A stretch of 64,000 bases of DNA from Polyangiales bacterium (GCA_044229975.1 JBGARZ010000005.1:224001-288000); one strand, 5' to 3'; counted from the first letter of the stretch, positions 1-11,252 are shown. Notes: generated from the letters alone by a model not told the origin. Program-made: numbers and translations.

Positions 1-523
1 TGACGCGGAACGAGTAGTCCTGGTCGAGGGTCATCCCGAGCTCGTCAAGAATCGAGGCCACCACCTCCGGCACGCTCATCCCCTGGAAGAGCCGCGTGCG
101 CACCGACTGCGTCGTGAACCACAGCCGCGGAACCAGCTTCAACCGATACCGCACCGCCACGTCCCCGGAGTCGCCGTGCGCGCGGTCGATGGACAGCATC
201 TCCAGCTCACGGATCACCCCGTAGAAGCTGTGCATCATCGCGCCGTGCACGGTGCCGTGATGGTCCTCGTCGGCGTCCTCGGACACCTCCTGGAGCAGCG
301 TCACCATGTAGTGACCCGCGAGCAGCGCCTCGACCTTGTCGGCCGGGTACGGCGCGCCCACCAGCGACGACGCCTGCACCACCACGTCGAGCTCGTACAG
401 CCGCGAGATCCGCTCGTGCCCCTTCACCTGGAGCACGTACCACTCGTCCATCACCCCGCCGCTCACGGGGTCTTCCCGCAACACCTGCGAGCGAATCCGA
501 ACCACCGGCGAACCGAACTTCAT
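1..523 (-). CDS. vgrG: Type VI secretion spike protein VgrG, N-terminal part (runs off the window edge)
   Basis: Manual minus-strand translation from ATG at 523: MKFGSPVVRIRSQ...GHERISRLYELDVVV...YRLKLVPRLWFTTQSVRTRLFQGMSVPEVVASILDELG, which is the typical VgrG gp27-like N-terminus. It lies directly downstream of a PAAR-like gene and is absent from the ORF track because there is no stop in the window. Confidence 0.88.
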   Translation of the reverse strand, partial: MKFGSPVVRIRSQVLREDPVSGGVMDEWYVLQVKGHERISRLYELDVVVQASSLVGAPYPADKVEALLAGHYMVTLLQEVSEDADEDHHGTVHGAMMHSFYGVIRELEMLSIDRAHGDSGDVAVRYRLKLVPRLWFTTQSVRTRLFQGMSVPEVVASILDELGMTLDQDYSFRV

Positions 524-542
524 GGAGGTCGTCCTTCCCCTC

Positions 543-956
543 TCAGCCGTTGATGAAGACCGTCGTCTGGCTCGGCGCCACCTGCGTCCCCGCCGGGACG
601 TTGGCGTTGTTGCCGTTTTGCGGCGTCGTCTTCAGGTGCGTCACCACGTACTGACCTTCGACCAGCACCTTCTTCGACGCCATTTTGTACTTCGCCTTGT
701 TCATGTTGACGTTGGAGATCACGCCCCCGAGCGTGCCCGGCTCGTCGCCGCTGCTCGTCGGAATCTCCGTGCCCTTGTGCAACACGGGTTGGTTCTTGAT
801 CTTGACGTTCTTGGTGACCGTCGACCCGCTCGCGTTGGGACACATCGCGATGTTGGGAAACGGCACCGGGATGGGCGGCGCGGGCGGCGCCGGCACCTTG
901 CACACGTCCGGAAACCCCATGCACTGCCCACCGCCCTTGGTCGACGCAGGAAACAT
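543..956 (-). CDS. PAAR-like DUF4150 spike-tip protein (TagD-like)
   Basis: MFPAST...CMGFPDVCKVPAPPAPPIPVPFPNIA...SSGDEPGTLGGVIS...KVLVEG, matching the DUF4150 signature. 137 aa with no toxin extension. Confidence 0.9.
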   Translation of the reverse strand: MFPASTKGGGQCMGFPDVCKVPAPPAPPIPVPFPNIAMCPNASGSTVTKNVKIKNQPVLHKGTEIPTSSGDEPGTLGGVISNVNMNKAKYKMASKKVLVEGQYVVTHLKTTPQNGNNANVPAGTQVAPSQTTVFING

Positions 957-960
957 CGCG

Positions 961-2781
961 CTATCCCTCCGCGCTCGGTCGTTGTGCCTTGAAGTCTTCA
1001 GCCCCCGCCAGCGCCTCGTCGGTGCCCATCGCCCCCGACCGATCGGCGTCGGCGTACTCCGCCGTCGCATCGACGGTGCGATGAAAGCGCGCCCCGCGGA
1101 GATCACCCCCACCCCAACGCGTGCCCGACAGGTCGCTCTTCGACAGGTCGAGGTAGCGGCCCTTCACGTGCTCGAACGAGCTCCCACGCACGTCGGCCTC
1201 CACCATCTGCGCGCGCTCCAGGCGCGCCACCTCGAAGTGAGCGCTGTGCGCCTTCGTGCCCTCCCAGCGGGTGTCGCGCAGGTCGCTGCCGCGCAGGTCC
1301 CCCTGGTCGACGATCGCGCCCGAGAAGTCTGCGTGGCGGGCCTTCACCGCGCGCATCTTCACCTGCGTCATCGCCGCGCCGCGCAGGTCGGCGCGCACGA
1401 GTGACGCCTCGTCGAGCCGCGTCTCGGTGAGGTTGGCGCCGCGGAAGTCCGCGTCGGTGAAGTCCGCCTCCTTGAGGTTCATCCCGGCGAGCTTGCACCT
1501 CTGCATCGAGCACCGGACGAACACCGCCGCCCTCAAGCGACAACCCGTCAGGTCGAGCCCGTCGAGGTCAGCGCCCGTGAGGTCAGCGCCCGTGAGGTTG
1601 GCCCCCGCCACCGTCGCCCCCGTCCACGTCGTCTCCCCCGCATGAACATGTATCAGCCACGCCTCGGTGAGCTTCGCCTCGACGAGCTGCGCCCGCTCCA
1701 GCGTGGCGCCCTCCATGCGGCAGCGGCTCACGTCGGCCTTGGTGAAGTCCGCTTCGGTGAAGTCGACGCCCGCGAGGTCGCTCCCTGCCAGCGACGCCTC
1801 GCTGAAGTCGGTCATGGGCATCGACGCGCCCTGCCAACCCGTGCCTTCGAGCACGGCCTTCGCGAAGCTCGCCCCCTCGCCCTGCGCCCTGAAGAAGCGC
1901 GCCTCGGTGAAGTTCGCCCGGTCGAGCACCGCGCCCTTGAGCACCGCTCCCTCCAGCGAACACCGCTGCCCCTGCACCCGCGAGAGCGTCGCCTCGGTGA
2001 GCGTCGCGTCGACGAGCGCGGCAGCCTCCAGCACCGCGTCGGAGAGGTCGGCCCGCGTGAGCGTCGCACCCCGCAGCACCGCGTCGCGGAGGATGGCGCC
2101 CTGCAACCGCGCGCCCTCCATCGATGCGCCGGTGAAGTCGAGGCTGGTGAGGTCGAGGCCCGTGAGCTCGGCGTCGCGTAGTTGAGAGCCCGCGAGCGAG
2201 GCGCCCGTGAGCACGACGTCGCGCAGCGAAGCACCCGTGAGCACGGCGTACTTGAAGGTCGCGCGAGCCGCCGACACGCGGGTGAGCCGAGCGTCGGAGA
2301 GGTTGGCGTTGAAGAGGGCGGCGTCGTCGAGGAGGGTGTCCGTGAGCGTGGCGCGGGCGAGGCGCGCGTGCCGAAGCTGGGCGCGGGAGAGGTCGCACCC
2401 CGTGAGCGTGGCGCCCGAGAGGCGGGCGCCCTCGAAGAGAACACCCACGGCGTGACACTCGCGGAGGGACGCACCGCCGAGGTCGATGGCCCCCGCGTCG
2501 CAGGGCTCGTCGGGTCGCCCGAGGATGGCGCAGCGGGAGAGCGTGGCCTCGGTGAGCCGGCAGCCCTGGAGGTCGCACCCGCGGAAGACGACACCCGTGA
2601 GCGTCGCGCCGCCGAGGTCACATTGATAGAAGCGGCACGCCTCGAAGCGGACGTCGATGAGCGTCGCGTCGACGAAGGACTGTCCCTGGAGGTCGACCTC
2701 GCGGACGGAGACGTCGCGCAGCTCGCCGTGGTCGCGGAGGTGTTCGAGCACCGCGTCGAGCGATCGGAGGGTGACGGTCAC
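961..2781 (-). CDS. Pentapeptide repeat protein (T6SS-associated, TagB-like)
   Basis: Almost entirely A(D/N)LxGA-type pentapeptide repeats. The GTG start overlaps the upstream TGA (GTGA). Confidence 0.88.
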   Translation of the reverse strand: MTVTLRSLDAVLEHLRDHGELRDVSVREVDLQGQSFVDATLIDVRFEACRFYQCDLGGATLTGVVFRGCDLQGCRLTEATLSRCAILGRPDEPCDAGAIDLGGASLRECHAVGVLFEGARLSGATLTGCDLSRAQLRHARLARATLTDTLLDDAALFNANLSDARLTRVSAARATFKYAVLTGASLRDVVLTGASLAGSQLRDAELTGLDLTSLDFTGASMEGARLQGAILRDAVLRGATLTRADLSDAVLEAAALVDATLTEATLSRVQGQRCSLEGAVLKGAVLDRANFTEARFFRAQGEGASFAKAVLEGTGWQGASMPMTDFSEASLAGSDLAGVDFTEADFTKADVSRCRMEGATLERAQLVEAKLTEAWLIHVHAGETTWTGATVAGANLTGADLTGADLDGLDLTGCRLRAAVFVRCSMQRCKLAGMNLKEADFTDADFRGANLTETRLDEASLVRADLRGAAMTQVKMRAVKARHADFSGAIVDQGDLRGSDLRDTRWEGTKAHSAHFEVARLERAQMVEADVRGSSFEHVKGRYLDLSKSDLSGTRWGGGDLRGARFHRTVDATAEYADADRSGAMGTDEALAGAEDFKAQRPSAEG

Positions 2782-4865
2782 GTTCGTTCCAGCTTGGTTC
2801 GTTGCACGATGGCGAGGTCGAGGCGGGCGTTGTCGGTCTTCGCTCGATGAAACTCCGCCTCGAAGAGGTTGGCGCCGCGCAGGTCGCACCACGTCAGGTC
2901 GGCGCCCTCGAAGCGCCCTCGCATCAGGTCAGCCCGCTTCGCGCTCGCGCCCACGAGCCTCGCCTCGTCGAAGCAGCAGTCCCGTCCTACGCAGCCGTCG
3001 AGCGAGCACTTCACCATGTCGCAGCCGGTGAAGTCGGCGCGCTCCATCGTCGCGAAGGCCAGCGTCGCCTCGTCGAGCACGCTGCCCGCGAAGTTGGCCC
3101 GCCCGAGCTCCGCGTTGGCAAACGACGCGCGCGCGAAGCGACCGCCGTCGATGGCCCGCAGCCCCGTGGCCACGCAGCCCTCGAAGACGGCGGCCTCGGC
3201 GTTGGCGCCCGCGAGGGTCGCGTCCCGCAGCGTCGCCTTCTGGAAGCGCGCTCGCTCCATACGGGCCCCCGTAAAGTCGGCGCCGCTGAAGTCCCCTTCG
3301 CTGGCGTCGACGTCGCGCAGGTCGGCCTCGCGGTAGTCGGCCCCGGCGGACTTCGCCTGCGTGAGGTGCGCCGTGCGAAGAACGGCGTGCGCGAAGACCG
3401 TGTCGGCGAGGAAGGCCTCGTCGAGGGTGGCGCCCGTGAGGTCGGCGCGGGTGAGGTCGGCGCGCGAGAGCTTCGCGCGTTGGAGCGTGACCCCAGTGAG
3501 GTTGGCGCCCGTGAGGTCGGCCTCTTCGAGCACGGTGCGGTACAGCGTCGCGCCGGAGAGGTTGGCGCCCGCGAGGATCGACCCGCTGAAGTCGGCGCGG
3601 GAGAGGTCGAGGCCCGAGAGGTCGGCGCCCGTGAGGTCGAGGCCCGCGAGCGGCTCGCCGTGCGAGCGAAGGCGCAACACCTCGGCGCGATGAACGGCAC
3701 CAGGGCTCGGCGCCTCCGCGGGCGCATCAGCAGCGACCGGGAGAGCGGCCAGCGCCTCGGCGAGCACGATGTGCTGGGCCGGGAGCGGAGGGACTTCGTC
3801 GACGCCGTCTTCGGCGGCGCGCTCGGCTTCGAGGGCCGCGATGCGCGCGAGGCAGTCGGCGGTGGACTGCGGCGCGTCGAGAGGCTCCTGCAAGAGGGCG
3901 ACGCGGAGGATGTCGTCGAGGGAGTCGTCGGTGATGGGGGTGAGTCCGCGCCAGAGGCACATCACCTGTCGCGCGTCGGCGTCGAGGGTGATGGTGTCGA
4001 GGTTCATCCGGGCCTCGGTGACGACGTCGGCGTCGCCCACGCGGCGGGTGACGAAGCAGCGGACGCGCGTCGCGGGGAGACGCGAACGCAGCGTGGGAAG
4101 CGCGGGGTCCATCCCGGTGAGCTCGACGGGTTCGTCGCCGCGCCAGTAGCCGTCGATGCGCTGCGACGGAGGGGCGGCCTGGAAGTAGGTCGGATCGAAG
4201 TCCGTCGGGTACCAGGGCCAGCGGGTGCGCTTCCAGGTCTCGTCGTAGGTTCCGGTCAGGGCGGTGCGGGCGCGCCAGGTGCGTGGAATGGGGAAGGCTC
4301 CAGCGGGTGCGGGGCGGTCACCCGTCGAGCGGACGAGCGCGTCGGGGTCTTCGATGAGCGGCAGCGGGACGAGCGATCGGCCGTCGACGTCGACCGGGTC
4401 GAGGCCGCGGCCGACGGGGTTGTGGGGGGAGGATGATCCGCCGAAGGAGTGCTCCCATTGGAGGGTGAGCGTACGGAAGGGAGCGGGGTCGGTGGGTGCG
4501 CCCGCGCGATCGAAGTAGCGCGCGCCAAACACCATGAAGCGACGGTGGATCGCGCCCACACGGAAGGCGACGGCGGCGACGGTGGCCTCGCCGCCGGGCG
4601 CGTGACAGGTGCCTGCGAGGAGACACTCGCCGCGGGGTTTGAGCGACGCGAGGTCGGACTCGAAGCGGAGCGAGGGGTGGTCGCGCGTGGGGTCTTCGAA
4701 GGGCTCGTCGCCGGTGACGAGACGGGGCTCATCGGCGGGCGTGGCGACGCCGTCGGCGACGAGGTCGAAGGTGGACTTGACGACCAGGGTGAGCGCCCAT
4801 TGCGGTGGCTGGAGCTGCCACGCGAGGTGACCAAACGCGAAGGGAGTGTCGTTGAGGAGGTCCAC
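2778..4865 (-). CDS. DUF2169 T6SS adaptor fused to pentapeptide repeats (TagAB-like)
   Basis: N-terminal NDTPF...LTLVVKSTFDL...ESDLASLKPRGE...SFGG...NPVGRG...YFQAAP...LDTITLD (DUF2169), then C-terminal pentapeptide repeats. Confidence 0.9.
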   Translation of the reverse strand: MDLLNDTPFAFGHLAWQLQPPQWALTLVVKSTFDLVADGVATPADEPRLVTGDEPFEDPTRDHPSLRFESDLASLKPRGECLLAGTCHAPGGEATVAAVAFRVGAIHRRFMVFGARYFDRAGAPTDPAPFRTLTLQWEHSFGGSSSPHNPVGRGLDPVDVDGRSLVPLPLIEDPDALVRSTGDRPAPAGAFPIPRTWRARTALTGTYDETWKRTRWPWYPTDFDPTYFQAAPPSQRIDGYWRGDEPVELTGMDPALPTLRSRLPATRVRCFVTRRVGDADVVTEARMNLDTITLDADARQVMCLWRGLTPITDDSLDDILRVALLQEPLDAPQSTADCLARIAALEAERAAEDGVDEVPPLPAQHIVLAEALAALPVAADAPAEAPSPGAVHRAEVLRLRSHGEPLAGLDLTGADLSGLDLSRADFSGSILAGANLSGATLYRTVLEEADLTGANLTGVTLQRAKLSRADLTRADLTGATLDEAFLADTVFAHAVLRTAHLTQAKSAGADYREADLRDVDASEGDFSGADFTGARMERARFQKATLRDATLAGANAEAAVFEGCVATGLRAIDGGRFARASFANAELGRANFAGSVLDEATLAFATMERADFTGCDMVKCSLDGCVGRDCCFDEARLVGASAKRADLMRGRFEGADLTWCDLRGANLFEAEFHRAKTDNARLDLAIVQRTKLERT

Positions 4866-5027
4866 GCGATGGTCGCGGATGGGACACGCGGGAGAGGGCG
4901 GGTGTCAACGACGAGGCGCTCCCACACTTTCCCACTGGCGTGGGCTGTGAGAGCGCCCAACACAGCCGCGACGATGCCGTGGACATCCGACACGCCGTTG
5001 CCCGCCGTACCGACTCCGCACGGCCCG

Positions 5028-6869
5028 ATGATGTCCACCGATCCCCGCGTCACACCCAGCTCACTCCCGCCGCCGGTCGATCGTTGCCTCGGGCGCGTCC
5101 TCGGCGGCAAGTACCGCGTCGACGCCTTCCTCGGCGCGGGCTCCATGGGCCGCGTCTACCGGGCCACGCAAGAGCCGCTGCGCCGCATCGTCGCGGTGAA
5201 GGTGCTCAACACCAACCTGGGCGCCGACCCGGCGGCGCCGCAGCGCTTCCTCCGCGAGGCGCAGGCCGCGAGCCGCATCGACCACCCCAACTCCGTCGCC
5301 GTCTACGACTTCGGACACGAGGACGACGGCACGGCGTTCATCGTGATGGAGTACCTGCGCGGCGAGACGCTCGAAGACATGCTCGCCCGCGACGGGTCGC
5401 TCCCCATCGCGCGCTGCGTCTCCATCATGGCGCAGGTGCTCGCGGCCCTCGACGAGGCCCACGAGCGCGGCGTCGTGCACCGCGACATCAAGCCCGAAAA
5501 CATCATGCTCGTCCGCTCCGCCGAGGGTGAGCGCGACGCGCCGCGGGTGAAGGTCACCGACTTCGGCATCGCCAAGGTGCTCGACGACCCCGCGTGGCAC
5601 TCCACCCGGCTCACCGCGACGGGCATCACGCCGGGCTCGCCCGCGTACATGTCCCCCGAACAGGCCAGCGCGCGGGAGGTCGACGGTCGCAGCGACCTCT
5701 ACCAGTGCGGCGTGATCCTCTTCGAGATGGTCACCGGCGACCTCCCGTTTCACGGCGACAGCGCCATCGCGATGCTCATGCACCAGATCAATGACGCGCC
5801 GCCGAGGCCGCGCACGCTCGCCGCGCGCTGCCCCGAGTCGTTGGAGGCCGTGATCCTCAAGGCGATGGCGAAGAAGCCCGACCGGCGCTTCGCCACCGCG
5901 CGCGACATGCGCCACGCGCTGCGCTCCGTGGCGCCCGGTGAGGTCGCCGCGACCGCGGAGCTCAACCGCCACAACCGCCCGACGCCGCTCCTGCCGCCGC
6001 CGATGGACACCGAGCGTACGCCCGTGCCCGTCGACTCGACGCCCGCGGCCTCGCTCTCCGTGCGCCCCGCTCCGCCCGCGCGACACCTCACGTCGGCGCG
6101 GGGGTTCATCGTCGCGTGCGCGTTCGCCGCCGCGGCCTTCGGGCTGGTGGTGTCTCGACGACCTTCGTCGGAGGACCGGACACCCGTGCACGCCACCTCG
6201 GCGCCTGTGCGGCGGGTGCCCGTGACGCCCGTCGTGATCCCCGCGATGGTGACGGTCGAAGCGCCACGCACCATCGTCTTTGAGCGGCCTGCTGAGGTGC
6301 CGACGCCGACGGCTCCGCCGCGACCGACCGTCGTCGCGAGGCCCCTCATCGCGCCTCGACCCGCGATCACTCGACCCGCGGCTCCGACCGTCGGTGCACC
6401 CTACGCGACGGTCGTCGCGCCTCCGGTCGAAGCGCCCGTTGCGCCACCGACCGAGGTGACCAGCGACGTGCCTCCGGTCGTGAGCGCGGCACCCACCGAG
6501 GTCGCGGAGAGCGCTCCTCCCGTGCGCGGGCTGACGGCCGTCGACGGCTCGCTCGCGGGCATGCAGCTCACCGGCGGCATCACCCGCGCGTCGGTGCTCT
6601 CGCGCGCCACGGAGGCCGCCGAGTCGCTCGGGCGGTGCTCGTTTCTCGCGGCGGGGATGCTGGGCGACGAATCAGCGTTTACGTCGGCGACGACGGTGCA
6701 TGTGACGGTGGTCGTGCGCGACCGCCGCGCCGACGAGGTGCGCCTCGTGGGCAGCCACGTCGCGGCGTGTCGGGAGGCGGTGTTGGGTGCGTTCCGCGGA
6801 GAGCTCCCGCAGGGAGAGGACCTCGAATACGAGGTGCGGATGGCGATCAGGCTGGAGCCGCGGCGCTGA
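5028..6869 (+). CDS. Hanks-type Ser/Thr protein kinase, single TM, Pro-rich extracytoplasmic tail
   Basis: GAGSMGRVY, VAVKVL, HRDIKPEN, DFGIAK and YMSPEQ motifs, followed by a hydrophobic segment. Start uncertain (4974/5028/5031). Confidence 0.92.
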   Translation: MMSTDPRVTPSSLPPPVDRCLGRVLGGKYRVDAFLGAGSMGRVYRATQEPLRRIVAVKVLNTNLGADPAAPQRFLREAQAASRIDHPNSVAVYDFGHEDDGTAFIVMEYLRGETLEDMLARDGSLPIARCVSIMAQVLAALDEAHERGVVHRDIKPENIMLVRSAEGERDAPRVKVTDFGIAKVLDDPAWHSTRLTATGITPGSPAYMSPEQASAREVDGRSDLYQCGVILFEMVTGDLPFHGDSAIAMLMHQINDAPPRPRTLAARCPESLEAVILKAMAKKPDRRFATARDMRHALRSVAPGEVAATAELNRHNRPTPLLPPPMDTERTPVPVDSTPAASLSVRPAPPARHLTSARGFIVACAFAAAAFGLVVSRRPSSEDRTPVHATSAPVRRVPVTPVVIPAMVTVEAPRTIVFERPAEVPTPTAPPRPTVVARPLIAPRPAITRPAAPTVGAPYATVVAPPVEAPVAPPTEVTSDVPPVVSAAPTEVAESAPPVRGLTAVDGSLAGMQLTGGITRASVLSRATEAAESLGRCSFLAAGMLGDESAFTSATTVHVTVVVRDRRADEVRLVGSHVAACREAVLGAFRGELPQGEDLEYEVRMAIRLEPRR

Positions 6870-6872
6870 CGA

Positions 6873-7814
<942 letters not shown>

Positions 7815-8053
7815 GGTGCCTCTCGCGCGCCGGTTGTGGACGGGGAACTCCGACACGCGGGCGCCGTCTACACCCGCGCCTCTTCCGAAGTCAACGAAGG
7901 CACAAGTGTCTGGGATTCGGAGCAGGCGTCGTGCTGCGCCACGCGTCTCCCCGCTGCGGATGCCGTAGCCAGCGTCCCAATCCGCCTCCGTATCCCCTTT
8001 CGCCCCGGTGCCCTCATCGCTCGCGAGACCCTGCCTATGCTGCGCGCGATCCC

Positions 8054-8944
8054 GTGCCCTTGTGGTCGTACCGTCGTACCGAAGTCGCCTCGCTCGGGGC
8101 CTGGCTCTCCACCGCCGCCCGCGTGTGGACCCGCGGTCGACTGCACGCCGTCGACAACGCCGCGGTCGTCTCCGAAGACGCCCTCTCGGTGCGCGCATTC
8201 GCCCGCGCGGGTCACCTCCGACGCCCCGTGGTGACGGTGCTCCTCGACGGCGCGGCGCGCATCTCGCTGGGCGGCGATCACCACTGGCTCGACCCCGGAT
8301 CGATGCTCGTCGCGCCCGAGAAGTCCGAGCTGCTCATGCGCCAGGAGGGCGCCCGCTACCGCAGCCTCGTACTGGAGTGGGAGCCCGCGTGGCTGGGCCC
8401 CTCGCCCGACCGCGCGCACCCTGCCCGCGTCCCCGACGGGCACCTCGACGCGCTGCGCTCACTCGCCGATGAGCTGCACGCCGGACGCGCCGCTCCGCTC
8501 GACGCGCTCTTCGACACGTTGCGCGTCGCAGGGCTCGACGTCGCGCCGGATGTCGACCTGTACGAGCCCGTTCCCGAGCAGCACCAGCGTCTCGGCGCGA
8601 CGCTCGACGCGCTGCTGTCGGACCTCTCACGCGTCACGCTCAAGTCCGCCCTCGACGAGCGTATGGGGCTGTCGGCGCGGCAGTTTCAACGCATCGTGAC
8701 GGAGTTTCACCAGCGCTACGGCTTCAACGCCACGAGCTGGGTCGACGCCCGCAACCGACGACGCCTGCTGCTCGGCGCGGCCTTCCTCACGGCACCCGGC
8801 GCGACCGCCACCGTCGTCGCACCCGCGATGGGGTTCACCTCGGCCGCGGCCTTCAGCAAGGCCCTCGTCAACGCGGGACTGCCGCGTCCCGGCGACGTCG
8901 CTGCCATGGTCTCCGCGCTTCGCGAGGGCGACGTCCGAAAATGA
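8054..8944 (+). CDS. AraC-family transcriptional regulator (divergent)
   Basis: Cupin-like N-terminus. C-terminal GLSARQFQR and [16 protein letters not shown] resemble the two AraC HTHs. Start uncertain. Confidence 0.65.
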   Translation: MPLWSYRRTEVASLGAWLSTAARVWTRGRLHAVDNAAVVSEDALSVRAFARAGHLRRPVVTVLLDGAARISLGGDHHWLDPGSMLVAPEKSELLMRQEGARYRSLVLEWEPAWLGPSPDRAHPARVPDGHLDALRSLADELHAGRAAPLDALFDTLRVAGLDVAPDVDLYEPVPEQHQRLGATLDALLSDLSRVTLKSALDERMGLSARQFQRIVTEFHQRYGFNATSWVDARNRRRLLLGAAFLTAPGATATVVAPAMGFTSAAAFSKALVNAGLPRPGDVAAMVSALREGDVRK

Positions 8945-9018
8945 CAAGCATCGGCCGACCGTACGGTCTGCGTACGATCGGGGGTTCGCCTCGACACCCA
9001 AAGGAAGGTCCACCGATC

Positions 9019-9438
9019 ATGACCCGCACCCTCGCCTCGCTCGTCGCGCTGTTCGCTCTCGCTGGTTGCAGCGTCGACGGCACCACCTCCGTCGCGCTGC
9101 GCCCCTACGGCGCCAACATCCCGGCCTCGTCGGTCACCGCGACAGGCATCACCTGGAGCACCGACGCGCGCGACTGGCGCGGGATGAACGCCGTGCGCAT
9201 CCGCTTCGACTGCCCCGCCGGCGGCACCGGCGCGGGCTCGGTCTACGGCTCCGACCTCTACACCGACGACAGCCCCGTGTGCGGCGCCGGTGTGCACGCC
9301 GGCCGCATCAGCTTCGCGGGGGGCGGGCCCGTCGTCATCGAGATCCGCCCCGGCGCCGCGAGCTACGCCTCCACCACCCGCTACGGCGTCACGACCAACG
9401 CCTACGCCGCCTACGACGGCTCCTTCGTCGTCCTGTGA
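9019..9438 (+). CDS. LCCL-domain lipoprotein
   Basis: Lipobox LAGC. CPAG..GSVYGSDLYTDDSPVCGAGVHAG...SYASTTRYGVTT...SFVV is the LCCL signature. Confidence 0.85.
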   Translation: MTRTLASLVALFALAGCSVDGTTSVALRPYGANIPASSVTATGITWSTDARDWRGMNAVRIRFDCPAGGTGAGSVYGSDLYTDDSPVCGAGVHAGRISFAGGGPVVIEIRPGAASYASTTRYGVTTNAYAAYDGSFVVL

Positions 9439-9680
9439 GCGCGACCATTCGCCTCGCCGGGTGGGCGAGACCTACAACGGTCGCACGCGTCGCGCGACGC
9501 CCCACCCGCTCGTCTCGCGGCCACTGATGATCGGCGCGGACGACGGCTCCAACCGCTCCTTCGGCTCGCTCACCAGCCCCCCCCACGCGGGCGGCGTCAC
9601 CGCCTTCGCGCTGCTCGCTCGCGGACCTCGGTCGCAACCGTCCTATCATCGTTGCCTCCCTTCGCCCGCAGGAGGCTCCC

Positions 9681-10193
9681 GTGAAGCACCGCTCTCTCCT
9701 CGCCGCCGCCGTCGTCGCCTTCGCGCTCGCGGCACACGCCGACCCTCAGCCCGGACGCGCGTTTCCTTCCTTCACCGTCGATGACCTCGCGGGCGTCCAC
9801 CACACCGCGCGCGACCTCCAGGGGCACTGGACCGTCGCGCTCGCCATGACCGACAAGGACATCGGGCCCAACGTCACGGCGTGGAGGCGACAGATCGAAG
9901 GCCGCGTCCCTGCGCAGACACGGGTGCTCAACTTCGTCGCGCTCGACATCTTCGGGCTCGTGGCGACCTCGACGATTCTCTCGCAGGCCCGCGAGCGCGC
10001 GCCGCGGGCGATGTGGGAGACCATCTGGTTCTCGCGGGACGGGGCCTTCGCCGAGCAGCTCGGGCTCGCCGACAGCGAGACCCCGTGGGTGTTCGTCATC
10101 GACCCCACCGGGCGGGTCGCGCTGAGCATCCACGCGGAGGTCAGCGCGGCTGGCGTCGCGCGGGTGCTCGCGGCCGTCGGCGCTGCGCCGTAG
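9681..10193 (+). CDS. Secreted thioredoxin-fold (redoxin-like) protein lacking CxxC
   Basis: Signal peptide (AAHA|D). FPSFTVDDLAG and PWVFVIDPTGRV are redoxin-like, and there are no cysteines. Confidence 0.6.
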   Translation: MKHRSLLAAAVVAFALAAHADPQPGRAFPSFTVDDLAGVHHTARDLQGHWTVALAMTDKDIGPNVTAWRRQIEGRVPAQTRVLNFVALDIFGLVATSTILSQARERAPRAMWETIWFSRDGAFAEQLGLADSETPWVFVIDPTGRVALSIHAEVSAAGVARVLAAVGAAP

Positions 10194-10220
10194 ACGCTCG
10201 CAGACCGCGTTGGCGTCGAG

Positions 10221-11135
10221 TCAGCGCGGGCGCCGCTCCGATGCGTTCACGCGGACGGCCGGGGCGCAGAGCGGCGCGGCTTCGACGGTACGGGCCTCGA
10301 CGTCGGCGAGCGTCGAGCCGATCAGGGCGCCCCCGGCGAAGTAGGTCCCGGTGTCGCTGGCCGGCAGGATGTCGTAGGTGGCGTCGTACGCGTAGGCCTC
10401 CGACGACACCCCCTCGACGCGCTGCCCGCCCAACCAGTCGCCCACCCGGAGCGCTCCGAACGTGCGCCCGTCGGCCGTCGGATGCCCGGCGCTCACGTGC
10501 AACTCGAGGCCGCTGCCGAGCGCTACCCGCACGACGACGTGGTGGCTTACGGGGGTGCGGTTCACGCGGAGAATCGGAACGAACACGCGGCTGCCATGGT
10601 CGATGCTCTCGACGAGGTCGCCCACGCGCAGCGACGCGATCGGGCGGTCGCCATCGGGGGTTGCGATGGGCGTCCACGGCGACGCGCACCTGCACTGGCA
10701 GTTGATGCAGTGGATGCCGTCGGCCTCGACCGAGCCGCAGTGGGTGCAACCGCCGCACGGGTCCGCCGCGAAGCAGCCGCACGCCAGGGCCCCTGAGCAT
10801 CCCGGCGGGATCGGCACACACTGCGGCGGCACCTCGCAACAGCCTGCGCACCGGCCGCGGATGCAGATCTCTCCAGACGCGCACGCCGCGTCGCCGCACG
10901 GGGCCGCGTCCGACGGAACGACGTCGATGGCGTCGATGGCATCGACCGCGTCGATGGCGTCGACGGCGTCGATGACATCGATGACGTCACTGGCGCGAGC
11001 GGCATCGAGGGGACCCGCGTCGACGGCACTCGCAGTGGACGCGCACGCTGCGCCCGACAACGTGATGATGACGATGGCCATCGAGCCATGGGTCGTGGGC
11101 GATCGAGTGGGAAGCCTGACGCGCGAGTCGCTCAT
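10221..11135 (-). CDS. Cys-rich exported protein with C-terminal Hint (Hedgehog/intein-like) domain
   Basis: Hydrophobic leader ending GAAC, then a Cys-rich region, then CASPWTPIATPDGDRPIASLRVGDLV (block A), VSAGHP (block B), TYDILP..GTYFAGGALIGST (block F/G-like). Start may be the internal Met (MAIVII). Confidence 0.8.
   Translation of the reverse strand: MSDSRVRLPTRSPTTHGSMAIVIITLSGAACASTASAVDAGPLDAARASDVIDVIDAVDAIDAVDAIDAIDVVPSDAAPCGDAACASGEICIRGRCAGCCEVPPQCVPIPPGCSGALACGCFAADPCGGCTHCGSVEADGIHCINCQCRCASPWTPIATPDGDRPIASLRVGDLVESIDHGSRVFVPILRVNRTPVSHHVVVRVALGSGLELHVSAGHPTADGRTFGALRVGDWLGGQRVEGVSSEAYAYDATYDILPASDTGTYFAGGALIGSTLADVEARTVEAAPLCAPAVRVNASERRPR
10921..10988. repeat. 9-bp coding tandem repeat (D-[VA]-[IV] linker)
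   Basis: Imperfect (cgtcgatgg)n-type array encoding DVIDVIDAVDAIDAVDAIDAIDV. Confidence 0.75.
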
Positions 11136-11252
11136 GGGACAGTGTGGGAGCCTCGCACGATGTGCAGGTGAGAGGGTCGCCCGGCGCGTCTTCTGGTCGA
11201 CGACCCGAACCGGGGAGTGCGTGACGCTCGACCCGCGCGCCTGGCGGACCGA

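Noticed and set aside
961..3660. 15-bp periodic DNA repeats
   Set aside because: They are fully explained by pentapeptide-repeat coding.
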